Shown: positions 38,194 through 47,899, numbered from the stretch's first letter. The stretch is DNA of 64,000 nt from Candidatus Uhrbacteria bacterium (GCA_943359525.1 CALRHV010000003.1:521-64520), one strand, 5' to 3'. The notes: generated by a model from the letters alone, not told the origin. Translations and numbers: made by a program.

Positions 38194-38568
38194 ATGGCAA
38201 AAGGCACTGGTCCAGAAACAATCATCGCGCATGGAGTGCGGTTGGAGGGTGATCTTGTTGCGGAAGGTGACATTGTTATCGAAGGCGAGGTGCACGGCAC
38301 TGTGAAAACCAAAGGCGATCTTCGCATTGGCGACCAGGCTTTGGTTGAAGCGAACATTGAAGCGACGAATGCGGTGGTAAGCGGTGAGATTCGTGGGAAT
38401 ATTGTTGTTCATGGAAAGCTCGAATTGTTCCCGTCGTCAAAAATGACCGGCGATGTCATGACGGAGGTTCTCGCGATTGGTCCTGGCGCACAAGTGAATG
38501 GAAATGTGAGCATGGGAGCAGAGGCGCCAAAAGGAAAGAAGCGCGCAGAAACCGTTGATGTCGAATAA
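38194..38568 (+). CDS. bactofilin-family cytoskeletal protein
   Basis: Beta-helical repeats 'LEGDLVAEGDIVIEGEVHGTVKTKGDLRIG' characteristic of DUF583/bactofilin. Confidence 0.7.
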   Translation: MAKGTGPETIIAHGVRLEGDLVAEGDIVIEGEVHGTVKTKGDLRIGDQALVEANIEATNAVVSGEIRGNIVVHGKLELFPSSKMTGDVMTEVLAIGPGAQVNGNVSMGAEAPKGKKRAETVDVE

Positions 38569-38570
38569 CT

Positions 38571-39305
38571 GTGTATTGCTACGTGTACGACGAGGCGCTG
38601 CAAGACCGACGGTTTGAGCGCGAGCTCGCCCAGATCGAAACGCGCTTAACGGACCTGGGTATTGCGGGCAAAATTGCACGCTTGGCTTTGTTTCGGGAGC
38701 CGATCGATCTTATTCGGGACGAAATTCGCGGGGGAGTCACCACGGTGGTTGCCGTGGGGAACGATATGACCCTTCGTCGCGTGATTGACGCGGTTCAAGA
38801 TCGCAAAACCGTTGTCGCATTACTCCCCGTTGGTCCACAAGGTGGCATGGCGGAACTCCTCGGAATGCCAACGGGCGTTGCGGCGTGTGACGTTCTGAGC
38901 GCACGAAACGTGGAGGAACTCGATGTCGGCGAAGTGAACGGCAAGCGATTCGTCCAATCGGTACACATCGATGGAACCGATTTCTCGATTCACCACGGCA
39001 AGCAATACGTCATCACTCCACTGCGCAAAGCCTCCATCGAAGTGCGAAATTTTGCCGCGCCAGACGACGCCGGCATGATCAGTCCCGTCGACGGCCGTCT
39101 CTCGCTCATCATCCGTCTCCCAAAGTTTTCCTTATTCAAAGGCAAAACCGACGTCGGCGTCATTCCTTTCCAAGAAATGTTCATCGCCTGCGAGAAATCC
39201 ATCACCGCCACCGTGGATGGCGATCAACTTCAAGGAAAAGATTTCTCATTCCGTGTTATTCCGAAAGCGCTGAGATTGGTTACTGGGAAATCGAGGAAGT
39301 TTTAA
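38571..39305 (+). CDS. diacylglycerol-kinase-catalytic-domain (DAGK_cat/YegS-like) lipid kinase
   Basis: 'TVVAVGNDMTLRRVIDAV' and 'VALLPVGPQGG' resemble the DAGK_cat glycine-rich loops. Confidence 0.55.
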   Translation: MYCYVYDEALQDRRFERELAQIETRLTDLGIAGKIARLALFREPIDLIRDEIRGGVTTVVAVGNDMTLRRVIDAVQDRKTVVALLPVGPQGGMAELLGMPTGVAACDVLSARNVEELDVGEVNGKRFVQSVHIDGTDFSIHHGKQYVITPLRKASIEVRNFAAPDDAGMISPVDGRLSLIIRLPKFSLFKGKTDVGVIPFQEMFIACEKSITATVDGDQLQGKDFSFRVIPKALRLVTGKSRKF

Positions 39306-39735
39306 TATTCTTCAAATGCTCCTTTGAAAAGTACACAATCGATGCAATGAACATCGTTGTGGAGGTGATTGCGGAGAGCATGCAGTATTGGCAGATGGCG
39401 AGGATGACGAAAAGTTGGAGATAGACGAACCAGGCGGAGAAGAGGAATCCGAAGGTTGTGGCGATGGCGATGAAGCGGAGGCATTCCGTTTTTTTCGTTT
39501 CGATCATGATGTACACGGCGAGGAAGATTGCGAGATAGTAGATGGCTCCGAGGAGCGCGACGGGAACGCCCATGATCGAGGAGTATTCGCTTTTTGTAAC
39601 GAGATCGCAGCCGTGGGTGATGGTGCAGGGAAGAGTGAATTGGGTGTAGTGCTGGATTGTTAAATACGCAGCATCGAAGAAGCCGATGATGCTCACGCCA
39701 AGAATGGTGAACGGATACCAGCGGGAAGCGGTCAT
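39280..39735 (-). CDS. vitamin K epoxide reductase (VKOR)-family membrane protein
   Basis: Four TM helices with a loop Cys pair ('TLPCTITHGCD') and TM4 'CQYC' active site. Confidence 0.7.
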   Translation of the reverse strand: MTASRWYPFTILGVSIIGFFDAAYLTIQHYTQFTLPCTITHGCDLVTKSEYSSIMGVPVALLGAIYYLAIFLAVYIMIETKKTECLRFIAIATTFGFLFSAWFVYLQLFVILAICQYCMLSAITSTTMFIASIVYFSKEHLKNIKTSSISQ

Positions 39736-39738
39736 AGA

Positions 39739-40404
39739 CTATTGTGTCGGATTCAGTGCAGCATCGATAAGCGTCTTGAATGGATCGAGACCTTGTGGAT
39801 TCTTTTCGATTTGTACACCGTTCAAGAAGAACGTTGGTGTGGAGTTCACGTTTGATTTGTCTCCGCTTCGAATATCGTCTTTCACGGAGCTGAGCGTTTC
39901 GTCGCTTGTAAGGTCGGTTTTGAACTTTTCGACATCAAGCCCAAGTGATGTCGCGTAGCCGATGAACGTATTGGTTGGATCGGTTTCTGCGCTCCACGTT
40001 TGTTGGTTGCCAAAAAGTAAGTCATGCATCACAAAAAACTTTCCTTGGATACCAGCAGCTTCCGAGGCCTGTGCTGCGAGTTGGGCATTGGGGTGAATAG
40101 ATGCGAGAGGGTAGTTTCGATACACGATCTTAAGCGTGTCACCGTATGCCTCCTTGAGGCCCTTCATAACGGGAAAGTACGCACCACAGGCTGGGCACTG
40201 GAAGTCGCTGTATTCCACGAGAACAACTGAGGCATCCTTTCCGCCCTCGAACCAATCGCTATCGTTGACAGCTACCTCGAGTTTCTGCGGGGCATTCGCA
40301 CTGTCTTGCGCGTTGCCGATCCATGCCATTCCCGCCACGATTATGACGATGCCTGCGAGGATGGTGGTGATCCGTCCAATAATCCCAAATTTCATATTTG
40401 CCAT
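39739..40404 (-). CDS. DsbA-family thiol:disulfide oxidoreductase (second copy), membrane anchored
   Basis: 'FQCPACG' CxxC site, DsbA length, N-terminal TM; 4 nt upstream of VKOR. Confidence 0.75.
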   Translation of the reverse strand: MANMKFGIIGRITTILAGIVIIVAGMAWIGNAQDSANAPQKLEVAVNDSDWFEGGKDASVVLVEYSDFQCPACGAYFPVMKGLKEAYGDTLKIVYRNYPLASIHPNAQLAAQASEAAGIQGKFFVMHDLLFGNQQTWSAETDPTNTFIGYATSLGLDVEKFKTDLTSDETLSSVKDDIRSGDKSNVNSTPTFFLNGVQIEKNPQGLDPFKTLIDAALNPTQ

Positions 40405-40469
40405 AGTGCGATAAGGGTATCAAAAAACCAGAAAACGAAAAAGAAGCCCGTTCAGGACTTCTTCATCGA

Positions 40470-40545
40470 TGGTGGACCGTATCGGGATCGAACCGATGAC
40501 CTTCTGACTGCCAGCCAGACGCTCTACCAGCTGAGCTAACGGCCC
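40470..40545 (-). tRNA. tRNA-Ala (anticodon GGC)
   Basis: Reverse complement folds with G3-U70 acceptor pair (Ala identity), anticodon loop CTGGCAG, T-arm ATCGG-TTCGATC-CCGAT. Confidence 0.85.
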
Positions 40546-40556
40546 TAAGGATGTCC

Positions 40557-40633
40557 TGGTGGACGCCGGGGGATTCGAACCCTCGACCCTCTCGGTGTAA
40601 ACGAGATGCTCTAACCAGCTGAGCTAGGCGTCC
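40557..40633 (-). tRNA. tRNA-Val (anticodon UAC)
   Basis: Reverse complement: acceptor GGACGCC/GGCGTCC, anticodon stem TCTCG/CGAGA with loop TTTACAC, T-arm GAGGG-TTCGAAT-CCCCC. Confidence 0.85.
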
Positions 40634-40727
40634 AAAATATTGCTTGGAAATAATAGCACATCAAGAATAAAGCGCAAACGCTATTCTCATATTTTGGTAG
40701 GCACTTATTGTTTGATATACTTTACAA

Positions 40728-41420
40728 ATGGCAAAATCCACAATCTCTACACGATGGTCAAAAAAACTTGCATACGCAATTGGTCTTATTGTATCGGACG
40801 GAAATATGTCACCGGACGGCCGTCATGTGACTTTCACATCAAAAGATCTTGATCTTATTGAACAATTCCTTCGTGCGTTGAATATCGAAGGCTATCATGT
40901 CGGAAGAAAATCTCGCGGCCATGAACTCGAAAAGAAGTATTTTGTCGTACAGATTGGAGACGTTCGATTTTATCGTTTTTTATTGGGGATCGGCATCATG
41001 CAAAGAAAATCAAAAATCCTTCAAGAAATACAGATGCCAAAAAATCTTCTTCCCCATTTTGTTCGAGGCGTGTTTGATGGGGATGGAACATGCTACTCGT
41101 ATTATGATCCACGCTGGAAATCCAGCTTCATGGTATACACCGCTTTTGTATCTGCGAGTCCAATATTTCTTACGTGGCTACAAAAATACCTTGATGCTAC
41201 TTATGGTATTCAGGGCACAATCAGTGCCATGGTCAAACACGTCCAACAGCTCCGGTATGCGAAAAAGGCTTCGCGGAAACTTTTTTCTATAATGTATCGA
41301 AATGCCGATAATTTGTACCTTAAAAGAAAATACTTGAAATTATCAGAGGCGTTGGCTATACTCCCCTCGGTTCAAGAAAAGAATGCGCGAGTGGAGAAAT
41401 TGGTAAACTCGCCAGCTTGA
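40728..41420 (+). mobile_element. free-standing LAGLIDADG homing endonuclease gene (two LAGLIDADG motifs), AT-rich; last 12 codons run into tRNA-Leu
   Basis: 'LAYAIGLIVSDGNMS' and 'LLPHFVRGVFDGDGTC' double motifs; markedly lower GC than flanks; the reading frame continues 36 nt into the downstream tRNA before the stop. Confidence 0.65.
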
Positions 41421-41471
41421 GGGGCTGGTGCTAGCAATAGCTTGGAGGTTCGAGTCCTCTCTCGCGCACCA
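41385..41471 (+). tRNA. tRNA-Leu (anticodon GAG), type II
   Basis: Acceptor GCGCGAG/CTCGCGC, 3-bp D-stem GAG/CTC, anticodon stem CCAGC/GCTGG with loop TTGAGGG, 15-nt variable arm, T-arm GGAGG-TTCGAGT-CCTCT, CCA. Confidence 0.85.
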
Positions 41472-41473
41472 TC

Positions 41474-41505
41474 GAAAAAGAAGCCTGACCGGGCTTCTTT
41501 TTCGT
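41474..41505. terminator. hairpin AAAAAGAAGCC-tgacc-GGGCTTCTTTTT after tRNA-Leu
   Basis: Inverted repeat with flanking A/T runs; same architecture as the terminator after tRNA-Leu(CAG). Confidence 0.45.
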
Positions 41506-41569
41506 TTGTGGACGAGAAAGGCCGCTGTCCTGGGTGGGACGGCGGCCTTGAGGCGATGTTGCGATGCAC

Positions 41570-41980
41570 TTAGTGCCACCGTCCGTTGTGACGGAAACAC
41601 AGCGCCATGCGAATATTCGCGTGGAGGACCCACAGAATGCTCGCGATGAAAACGAAGCGTCCGATGGTTGGCGGAATCGGGACTGCACAACAGGTGAGCG
41701 CAACGAAGAGAATCCATGAGATCGCGGCCCATTTCATGAGTCGGATCGCCTCTTTCTGGTTAGCCTCCGTTTGCAGGAATGCCTCCTTACGCTCTTTGCT
41801 GAGCACCTTGAGCCTCACGCCGTTTTTTTCACCAATTTGCCAGCCCCTGGCGACTTCTTGCGGCGTAAGAAAATCACCATCTTCCGATGTCTGGTCGCGA
41901 AGAGCGAGTCCGCTGTTGTTCGATGCTTCGGTTTCGTGGGTCGTCATGGTGTATTCTCCGTGTGTAAGGGTACAGGACAA
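41570..41980 (-). CDS. hypothetical membrane protein
   Basis: ORF track; C-terminal pair of hydrophobic helices. Confidence 0.35.
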   Translation of the reverse strand: MSCTLTHGEYTMTTHETEASNNSGLALRDQTSEDGDFLTPQEVARGWQIGEKNGVRLKVLSKERKEAFLQTEANQKEAIRLMKWAAISWILFVALTCCAVPIPPTIGRFVFIASILWVLHANIRMALCFRHNGRWH

Positions 41981-42073
41981 GGTTGTTCAAGTCGATATTG
42001 ACTTTCGCTGCCAAGAGACTAGGATAAACCGTTCTTTCCCAATTGAATCACTTCACAACGTTCTGAGGTTATC

Positions 42074-44023
42074 ATGCCATTCAAGGGTGCAGAAATCGGT
42101 TTAATGAGTTTCATTCCGGAAGTCGGACGGGCCGGGTCATTCCAGCCGAGTCCCGAAGTTCTTGAAATGCGGGAGATCAAGGCCGCCGTACGCGACATCG
42201 CTGGTGACGTTCATGAGTTCTCATCCGGCCAGTACGAAATTGCGTCATACAATAGTGAACGCGTGGGCGCGCAATTCGAGGCGATGCAAACGTCGAATCA
42301 GGCGCTCCTCGACGCACAGTCACTTGCCGCGGACAACGCCCAGCTCGCTCATCGGGAACGGCTGCAGGCACTTGAGAGCCAACAGAGCACGCTCGAGGAC
42401 ATTCTGCGCGTGCAGGGAATGCATATCGCCATCGCCAGCCTTCTCCTGCGCTCGGCACAAAACGCCGAGGCAAATCTCGACTGCATGTGCGACATGCTTG
42501 ATAAAATTGACGATGGTCTCGCAAGGAATGATCGACTTGCTGCTCTTCGGCACGTCGAACTTCTTGATGCGATTCGTCGTCCGGCTCAAATCAAGGCGGA
42601 CGAAAAGTACGCGCATGGCTTGGCGCAGTTTGACGCGGGGCACTTGGCGCTCGCGGCTAAGGATCTTCGTGCGGCGCTCGGTCACGTTTCGGTGCACGTT
42701 CCGTCGTTGCTTCTTCTTGGCCGGGTGTGCGTTGAGCGCGGTTTGGCGGGGGAGGCGAAAGCACTTTTCCGTCGTACCGCAAAGCACGCTGCCCAACAGA
42801 ACAATCTCGATGCGTACGCCTCTGCGATGATTCGTCTCTCGCACGTCGAGCGTATCGTTGGCAACCTCGAATCGGCGTACAAGATCATGGTCGAGGCGCT
42901 GACGTTCTTGCGCAAGCAGGAAAAGGACGGCGACGATCAAGACGAGGACGATTGGGAGGACGATGCGGAGGCCGAGCGGAGCTTTAATCGTCGTATTCTC
43001 GTCGCCTACGAGACGCTGAAGGCGCGGTGGGCAGTCCCCGCGAATCAGAACAAAGAGGTTGTTCGGGAGGTCGGCTGGGAACTCCGGCATTTGTACACTA
43101 TGAACGAAGGGCTTCGTGAGGAAGTGGCCGAGTTGCCGCTCTTTGCGAGCCTTCGGGAATACTGTCCGTGGCTCGGAGATCGTTTGGAAGAGGTCGACTA
43201 CTCTTCTCAGTACGAGGACATCGGTCTTCTCCTTTCCCTGACCACTTCGGATAAATATCCCAAAACGTACGACGCCGAAAACTTCATGGGTGTTCTCATG
43301 TTTATGAATAGTGTCGTTGAGGATGTGCGTTCGGGCTACGTGCCTCGCGACGCAGTCACCGACGAGCTTTTGGCTGACCTCACGCCAATGGTCATGTGCA
43401 TGATGATCAATATCGAGAACGGCCGGGGGAATTGCGATGATCTTGTTGCGTTACTCGAAACTGAGCTTGAAAAACGGCGTGACGACGTTTCGTTTCTCTC
43501 GTCGAAGGTGTCGCTGTACGATTTCATTGTGAGCGATGAAGCGTATCGCAAGAAGCTTCGGTGGCAGGACGCTGAACCGATCGAGGACGAGCTCAGTCGA
43601 CTCTGCATTACGATCGAACCGACGTCGGCACTCTTCGCTCCGTACCATGCGGCGCTTGCGGCTCACGCCGAGGAGGAGCGTGTTAAGGCGGCAAAAGCGG
43701 CTGAAACAAAGCGTCAGGCTGAGTACGAAGCGAAGTGGGGTTTTGGCGAGGCTGGACGGCTGGCTGAGCGTGCACATCTCAATCGACTTGAGCGCGAAAA
43801 AAAAGCCCGGGAAGCGGCGGTTCGTCAGAGGGCGCAGGAGACTGCTCATCACGCGGATAACGCGAAGGAGGCGCGTCGCCGTCTGGAGGACGAGCGCAGC
43901 GTTGAGTCCAAGAGGAGCTCAGATCGAATGTGGATGTTCCTTATGGGTCTGCCAGTCGTTGTCATCGTGAGTATCGTGCTTCTGACGGTTCTGCTCGCGG
44001 TGGTTCTCTGGATCGTCGCCTAA
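42074..44023 (+). CDS. hypothetical tail-anchored protein with TPR-like and coiled-coil regions (649 aa), GC-rich
   Basis: Single C-terminal TM 'MWMFLMGLPVVVIVSIVLLTVLLAVVLWIVA'; charged coiled-coil stretch (AKAAETKRQAEYEAKW...RLEDERS); no enzymatic motifs. Confidence 0.5.
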   Translation: MPFKGAEIGLMSFIPEVGRAGSFQPSPEVLEMREIKAAVRDIAGDVHEFSSGQYEIASYNSERVGAQFEAMQTSNQALLDAQSLAADNAQLAHRERLQALESQQSTLEDILRVQGMHIAIASLLLRSAQNAEANLDCMCDMLDKIDDGLARNDRLAALRHVELLDAIRRPAQIKADEKYAHGLAQFDAGHLALAAKDLRAALGHVSVHVPSLLLLGRVCVERGLAGEAKALFRRTAKHAAQQNNLDAYASAMIRLSHVERIVGNLESAYKIMVEALTFLRKQEKDGDDQDEDDWEDDAEAERSFNRRILVAYETLKARWAVPANQNKEVVREVGWELRHLYTMNEGLREEVAELPLFASLREYCPWLGDRLEEVDYSSQYEDIGLLLSLTTSDKYPKTYDAENFMGVLMFMNSVVEDVRSGYVPRDAVTDELLADLTPMVMCMMINIENGRGNCDDLVALLETELEKRRDDVSFLSSKVSLYDFIVSDEAYRKKLRWQDAEPIEDELSRLCITIEPTSALFAPYHAALAAHAEEERVKAAKAAETKRQAEYEAKWGFGEAGRLAERAHLNRLEREKKAREAAVRQRAQETAHHADNAKEARRRLEDERSVESKRSSDRMWMFLMGLPVVVIVSIVLLTVLLAVVLWIVA

Positions 44024-44117
44024 AACGCGACAGAGCTCCTCAGGTAATTCGTTCGACGCACGCGCGCTTGAGGCAAAACCTCGAGCGCGCGTTTTCGTTT
44101 GTGATAAAATACTCTAT

Positions 44118-44351
44118 ATGCTCCAGCGAATTCTTATTGGCCTGTTCATCACCGCGATGGGATGGATGATGGTGTGGAAAACGCGGTGGTTTGAAGACAT
44201 GCTCGGGCCAGTGGCGTGGGCAGAACAGCATTTGGGTACAACAGCATTCTTCTACAAGCTTCTTGGAACCGCGGTGATGATCCTTGGTTTCATCGTCACA
44301 TTGAACTTGTTCGATATTATCATTGGCAGTTTTATTCGTTCGATTTTCTAA
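44118..44351 (+). CDS. small two-TM membrane protein, hypothetical
   Basis: ORF track; hydrophobic helices. Confidence 0.35.
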   Translation: MLQRILIGLFITAMGWMMVWKTRWFEDMLGPVAWAEQHLGTTAFFYKLLGTAVMILGFIVTLNLFDIIIGSFIRSIF

Positions 44352-44355
44352 ATAC

Positions 44356-44901
44356 ATGGCTGGTAGCGCCTTACTTGATGCGAACGTGATCCTCGGGATT
44401 GCGAACCTCCGCCCCGGTTACCGTGTGGCGGATTTTGGCGCTGGAGGGTCGGGGCATTTGGTATTGCCAGCGGCTCGATTCCTTGCCGACGACGGCGTCG
44501 TATTTGCGGTGGACATTCATCCCGAAGCACTGTCGATGCTCCGTGGCCATCGATCGCTCCATTCGCTGTTGAATCTTTATCCCGTTCGAGGAGATATCGA
44601 GCGATTTGGTGGCATCGCCGATATCGAACAGGGTTCGCTCGATCGGATTTTCCTCATCAACACCCTGTGGTCAGCGCGTCGTCGTGCATCGATTGTTTCG
44701 GAAGCGCGTCGTCTTCTCGCTCCAGATGGACAGATTATTGTTGTGGATTGGGAGCCGCAAACTCGCCATGCCGTGGCGCCGAATAGTGTTGATCGCGTTG
44801 CGCCGTATGCAATTGATCGTGTGTTTTCCGAGGGGGGGTGCCGGGAATGCGGACAGTTCAGGGCGAGCCGTGATCATTGGGGGAGAATTTACAGTCACTA
44901 G
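44356..44901 (+). CDS. class I SAM-dependent methyltransferase
   Basis: Motif I 'VADFGAGGSGH', motif II-like 'VFAVDI'; start at MAGSALLD. Confidence 0.6.
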   Translation: MAGSALLDANVILGIANLRPGYRVADFGAGGSGHLVLPAARFLADDGVVFAVDIHPEALSMLRGHRSLHSLLNLYPVRGDIERFGGIADIEQGSLDRIFLINTLWSARRRASIVSEARRLLAPDGQIIVVDWEPQTRHAVAPNSVDRVAPYAIDRVFSEGGCRECGQFRASRDHWGRIYSH

Positions 44902-44925
44902 GTTTTCGGCTATCATCTTGCCCAT

Positions 44926-45342
44926 ATGAATTTTCTTTCTCCACTCTGGGATTTGAGCTTCTGGTTCGATCTCACGCCAATCCGCATGGCCGCGGCGTTC
45001 GAAGCCAGTTTCTTTGGCTTCTTTGCGCTCGTGATTGTTGCAGGATCGGTGATCCGCATGATGATCCGCAACGGAAAATACGATCGCTATCAAACGATCG
45101 TTCTCAAGAAAATCGCGACGCTGTGTTCTTTCTCTGGTGTGGTCGGTTTGGTTTGGTTTTTTCTTACCTTTGAGGAAATTCAATTTTTCGGCTCCCGTTT
45201 CTGGTTCTTAATCTGGATTATCGGTGTTATCGCTGGCGTCGTTTCGATCGTTCGTTACGTCAAAAAAGAAGTTCCAGCATTGCAGCACCGCGAACAGTCT
45301 CGTGCTGATGTGAATAAATACTTGCCGAAACGATCTCGGTAA
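44926..45342 (+). CDS. hypothetical four-TM membrane protein
   Basis: ORF track; hydrophobic profile. Confidence 0.4.
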   Translation: MNFLSPLWDLSFWFDLTPIRMAAAFEASFFGFFALVIVAGSVIRMMIRNGKYDRYQTIVLKKIATLCSFSGVVGLVWFFLTFEEIQFFGSRFWFLIWIIGVIAGVVSIVRYVKKEVPALQHREQSRADVNKYLPKRSR

Positions 45343-45347
45343 TCGTT

Positions 45348-45698
45348 ATGGTGGATAAGAGGAGGATTTTTGGGAACGCAGCGGAGGCCGATGCCGCTGC
45401 GTTTTTGAAATCAAAGAAGATGAAAATCATCGACGTGCAATATCGAAACCGATTCGGCGAGATCGATATCATCGCGAAGGATGGAGATGAATACGTGATG
45501 GTGGAGGTGAAGGCACGCAAGAATCACGAGTTCGGCTACCCCGAAGAATCCGTCACCAAATCCAAACTCCGCAAAATCGCTATCGTCGCCGAACACTTTA
45601 TGAGCGATCATTCAGGGATCGATTGGCGCATCGACGTGATTGCGATTGAATACGATCACACACCGCCGAAAATTACGCACATTATCGGCGTGGGGTAA
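45348..45698 (+). CDS. yraN: YraN-family (UPF0102) putative endonuclease
   Basis: 'AEADAAAFLKSKKMKIIDVQYRNRFGEIDIIAKDGDEYVMVEVKAR' matches the YraN core (E/D/K restriction-endonuclease-like). Confidence 0.75.
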   Translation: MVDKRRIFGNAAEADAAAFLKSKKMKIIDVQYRNRFGEIDIIAKDGDEYVMVEVKARKNHEFGYPEESVTKSKLRKIAIVAEHFMSDHSGIDWRIDVIAIEYDHTPPKITHIIGVG

Positions 45699-45699
45699 A

Positions 45700-46254
45700 A
45701 TGAGGGATATGCCAAAGGAACTGATTCCAACGCAAGAAAAACCCGAAGTTCGTGTCGCAACCATTGCCGATGCGGCGGATATTGCAAGGATTCAGCATGA
45801 TTCGTGGATTGCGACGTATGTGAACGATAATGCGGGAATTCGAAGGGAGGATATTGCTGATCACCTCGGAGATCTTACGTCTCGTTCGGATCGCTGGAAG
45901 GATAGGATATTGCGAAAGCCAGGGACGATCGAGATTCTTGTGTTGCGCGAAGAAGATCGCGTGATCGGATTTTGTCAAGTTGAGCGTATTCGAGACATCG
46001 GCCATGTGAATGCCCTGTATCTTGATCCTGAGTTTGCGCATCGTGGTCTCGGTTCACAACTATTGCAGAAAGGTATCAACTGGCTCGGCGTCGATCGCCC
46101 ACTCGAGCTCGAGGTGGCATCGTACAATGATTCGGCGATACGCTTTTATCAGCGACATGGTTTTCGAGAGCAAGGACCAGCGAAGTCTCTTCAATTGCGA
46201 AACGGAAAACTTCTTCCATTGACGTTAATGGTTCGCGATGTTGTGGAGAAGTAA
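45700..46254 (+). CDS. GNAT-family N-acetyltransferase
   Basis: 'VIGFCQVER...ALYLDPEFAHRGLGSQLLQKGINW' acetyl-CoA binding motif A. Confidence 0.7.
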   Translation: MRDMPKELIPTQEKPEVRVATIADAADIARIQHDSWIATYVNDNAGIRREDIADHLGDLTSRSDRWKDRILRKPGTIEILVLREEDRVIGFCQVERIRDIGHVNALYLDPEFAHRGLGSQLLQKGINWLGVDRPLELEVASYNDSAIRFYQRHGFREQGPAKSLQLRNGKLLPLTLMVRDVVEK

Positions 46255-46326
46255 ATTGATCAGCGGAGATATTGCTGATAGAATAGAAACAATCCCCACG
46301 AATTTTATTCTTCATTTTTTGTTTGT

Positions 46327-46605
46327 ATGTTGAACAAAGAAGATGTACGAGTTCTTCGTGGCGTGTTTGGTGAAATGCTAGAAGAAAATAACCATTCTCT
46401 GAAACGTGAAATTAGCGACGAGATGCATTCGGTGGTGAACGCTGCGGTATTCGCCTCGGAGGAGAGAATCGTTGCCACACTCCGAGCTGAAATTCATATA
46501 CTACGCGACGACATCCTCGATCTCGTCAATGATGAAATCCTTCCCCAAATCGACGAATGTCAGCGCGATATCGTCCAATTGAAAATCGCGGTGAATATTG
46601 CGTAG
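46327..46605 (+). CDS. hypothetical small protein (92 aa)
   Basis: ORF track only. Confidence 0.3.
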   Translation: MLNKEDVRVLRGVFGEMLEENNHSLKREISDEMHSVVNAAVFASEERIVATLRAEIHILRDDILDLVNDEILPQIDECQRDIVQLKIAVNIA

Positions 46606-46692
46606 TCGATTAGGCTGTGCTACCATATTTTCATGTTGAAACCTGGCCGCAATGCCAGGTTTCACTGTTAAACAATTAAAGAACAATCTATT

Positions 46693-47898
46693 ATGGCAAG
46701 TGCAATCGAGTTAGCAATCCGCCAGATTTGTGACGAGAAGGGTCTTTCATATGAGAGCGTAATGACGACGATTGAATCGGCGTTGGCGGCTGCATATCGT
46801 AAGGATTTTGGTGATAAATATCACAACCTTGAGGCACAGTTCGATACCGAAACTGGTTTGGCGCGCATTTTCGATGTGAAAACGGTGGTTGCGGATATTA
46901 CTCCAGAAGAAATGGAAGAGGTGAAGAAGATTGAGGCTGAAGAATCGGCTCGTCGCGAGGCAATGCGCGCGCTTGGTGACTTTATGCCGCCAACGGAAAC
47001 TCCGGTGGACGAAATTGCTCCAAAGTTTAATCCAAAGACCGACATCATGATTTCCGACGCGCAGCTCATGAAAATGGGTGCAAAGGTTGGTGATGTGTTA
47101 CGCACAGAGCTTCCACAGGCTGTGGAGTTCGGCAGAATGGCAGCAATGACTGCAAAGCAAGTTATTACACAAAAGCTTCGCGAGGCAGAGCGTGAAATCA
47201 TTTTTAACGAGTTCAAAGGTGTTGAAGGCGATGTGATCGTTGGAACCGTCCAGCGTCGCGAGGGTCGCATCATTCTCGTCGACATTGGTCGTACAGCGGG
47301 AATCATCAAGCCAGAAGACGCGATGCCAACAGAACGCTATCGTTCTGGTGATCGGTTGAAATTCTACGTTCGCGAAGTGTCCCTCGGTTCGCGCGGTGCG
47401 CAGATTTTGCTCTCCAGAACCAGCGAAGAGTTGGTAAAGAAATTGTTCATGGTAGAAATTCCAGAAGTCGCTGAGGGAACGGTCGTTATTAAAGCAATCG
47501 CTCGCGAGGCTGGTGCTCGAACCAAGATCGCTGTTGCCTCTACCGATGCGGGAATTGATCCGATTGGTGCGTGTATCGGTCAGCGCGGAAGCCGTATTCA
47601 GACGATTACGGGCGAACTTTCCGGAGAAAAAATCGACATCGTGCAGTGGAGCGAAAATCCACGTGAGCTCATCACACATTCGTTGTCGCCAGCAAAGGTG
47701 CTCGAAGTGAATCTTGATGAAGTAGAGCATGCGGCAATCGTCGTCGTTCCAAGTGATCAGCTTTCACTTGCAATTGGGCGCGGTGGTCAGAACGTTCGTT
47801 TGGCTGCAAAACTTACGGGTTGGAAAGTGAATATTCAAGAGCGTCAGGCTGACGGTGTTGTTGCTCCGGTCGAAAATGTTGAGGCTGTCGCCGAATAA
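46693..47898 (+). CDS. nusA: transcription termination/antitermination factor NusA
   Basis: N-terminal NusA domain, S1-like region, two KH domains ('IGACIGQRGSRIQ', 'AIGRGGQNVRLAAKLTGW'). Confidence 0.9.
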   Translation: MASAIELAIRQICDEKGLSYESVMTTIESALAAAYRKDFGDKYHNLEAQFDTETGLARIFDVKTVVADITPEEMEEVKKIEAEESARREAMRALGDFMPPTETPVDEIAPKFNPKTDIMISDAQLMKMGAKVGDVLRTELPQAVEFGRMAAMTAKQVITQKLREAEREIIFNEFKGVEGDVIVGTVQRREGRIILVDIGRTAGIIKPEDAMPTERYRSGDRLKFYVREVSLGSRGAQILLSRTSEELVKKLFMVEIPEVAEGTVVIKAIAREAGARTKIAVASTDAGIDPIGACIGQRGSRIQTITGELSGEKIDIVQWSENPRELITHSLSPAKVLEVNLDEVEHAAIVVVPSDQLSLAIGRGGQNVRLAAKLTGWKVNIQERQADGVVAPVENVEAVAE

Positions 47899-47899
47899 T

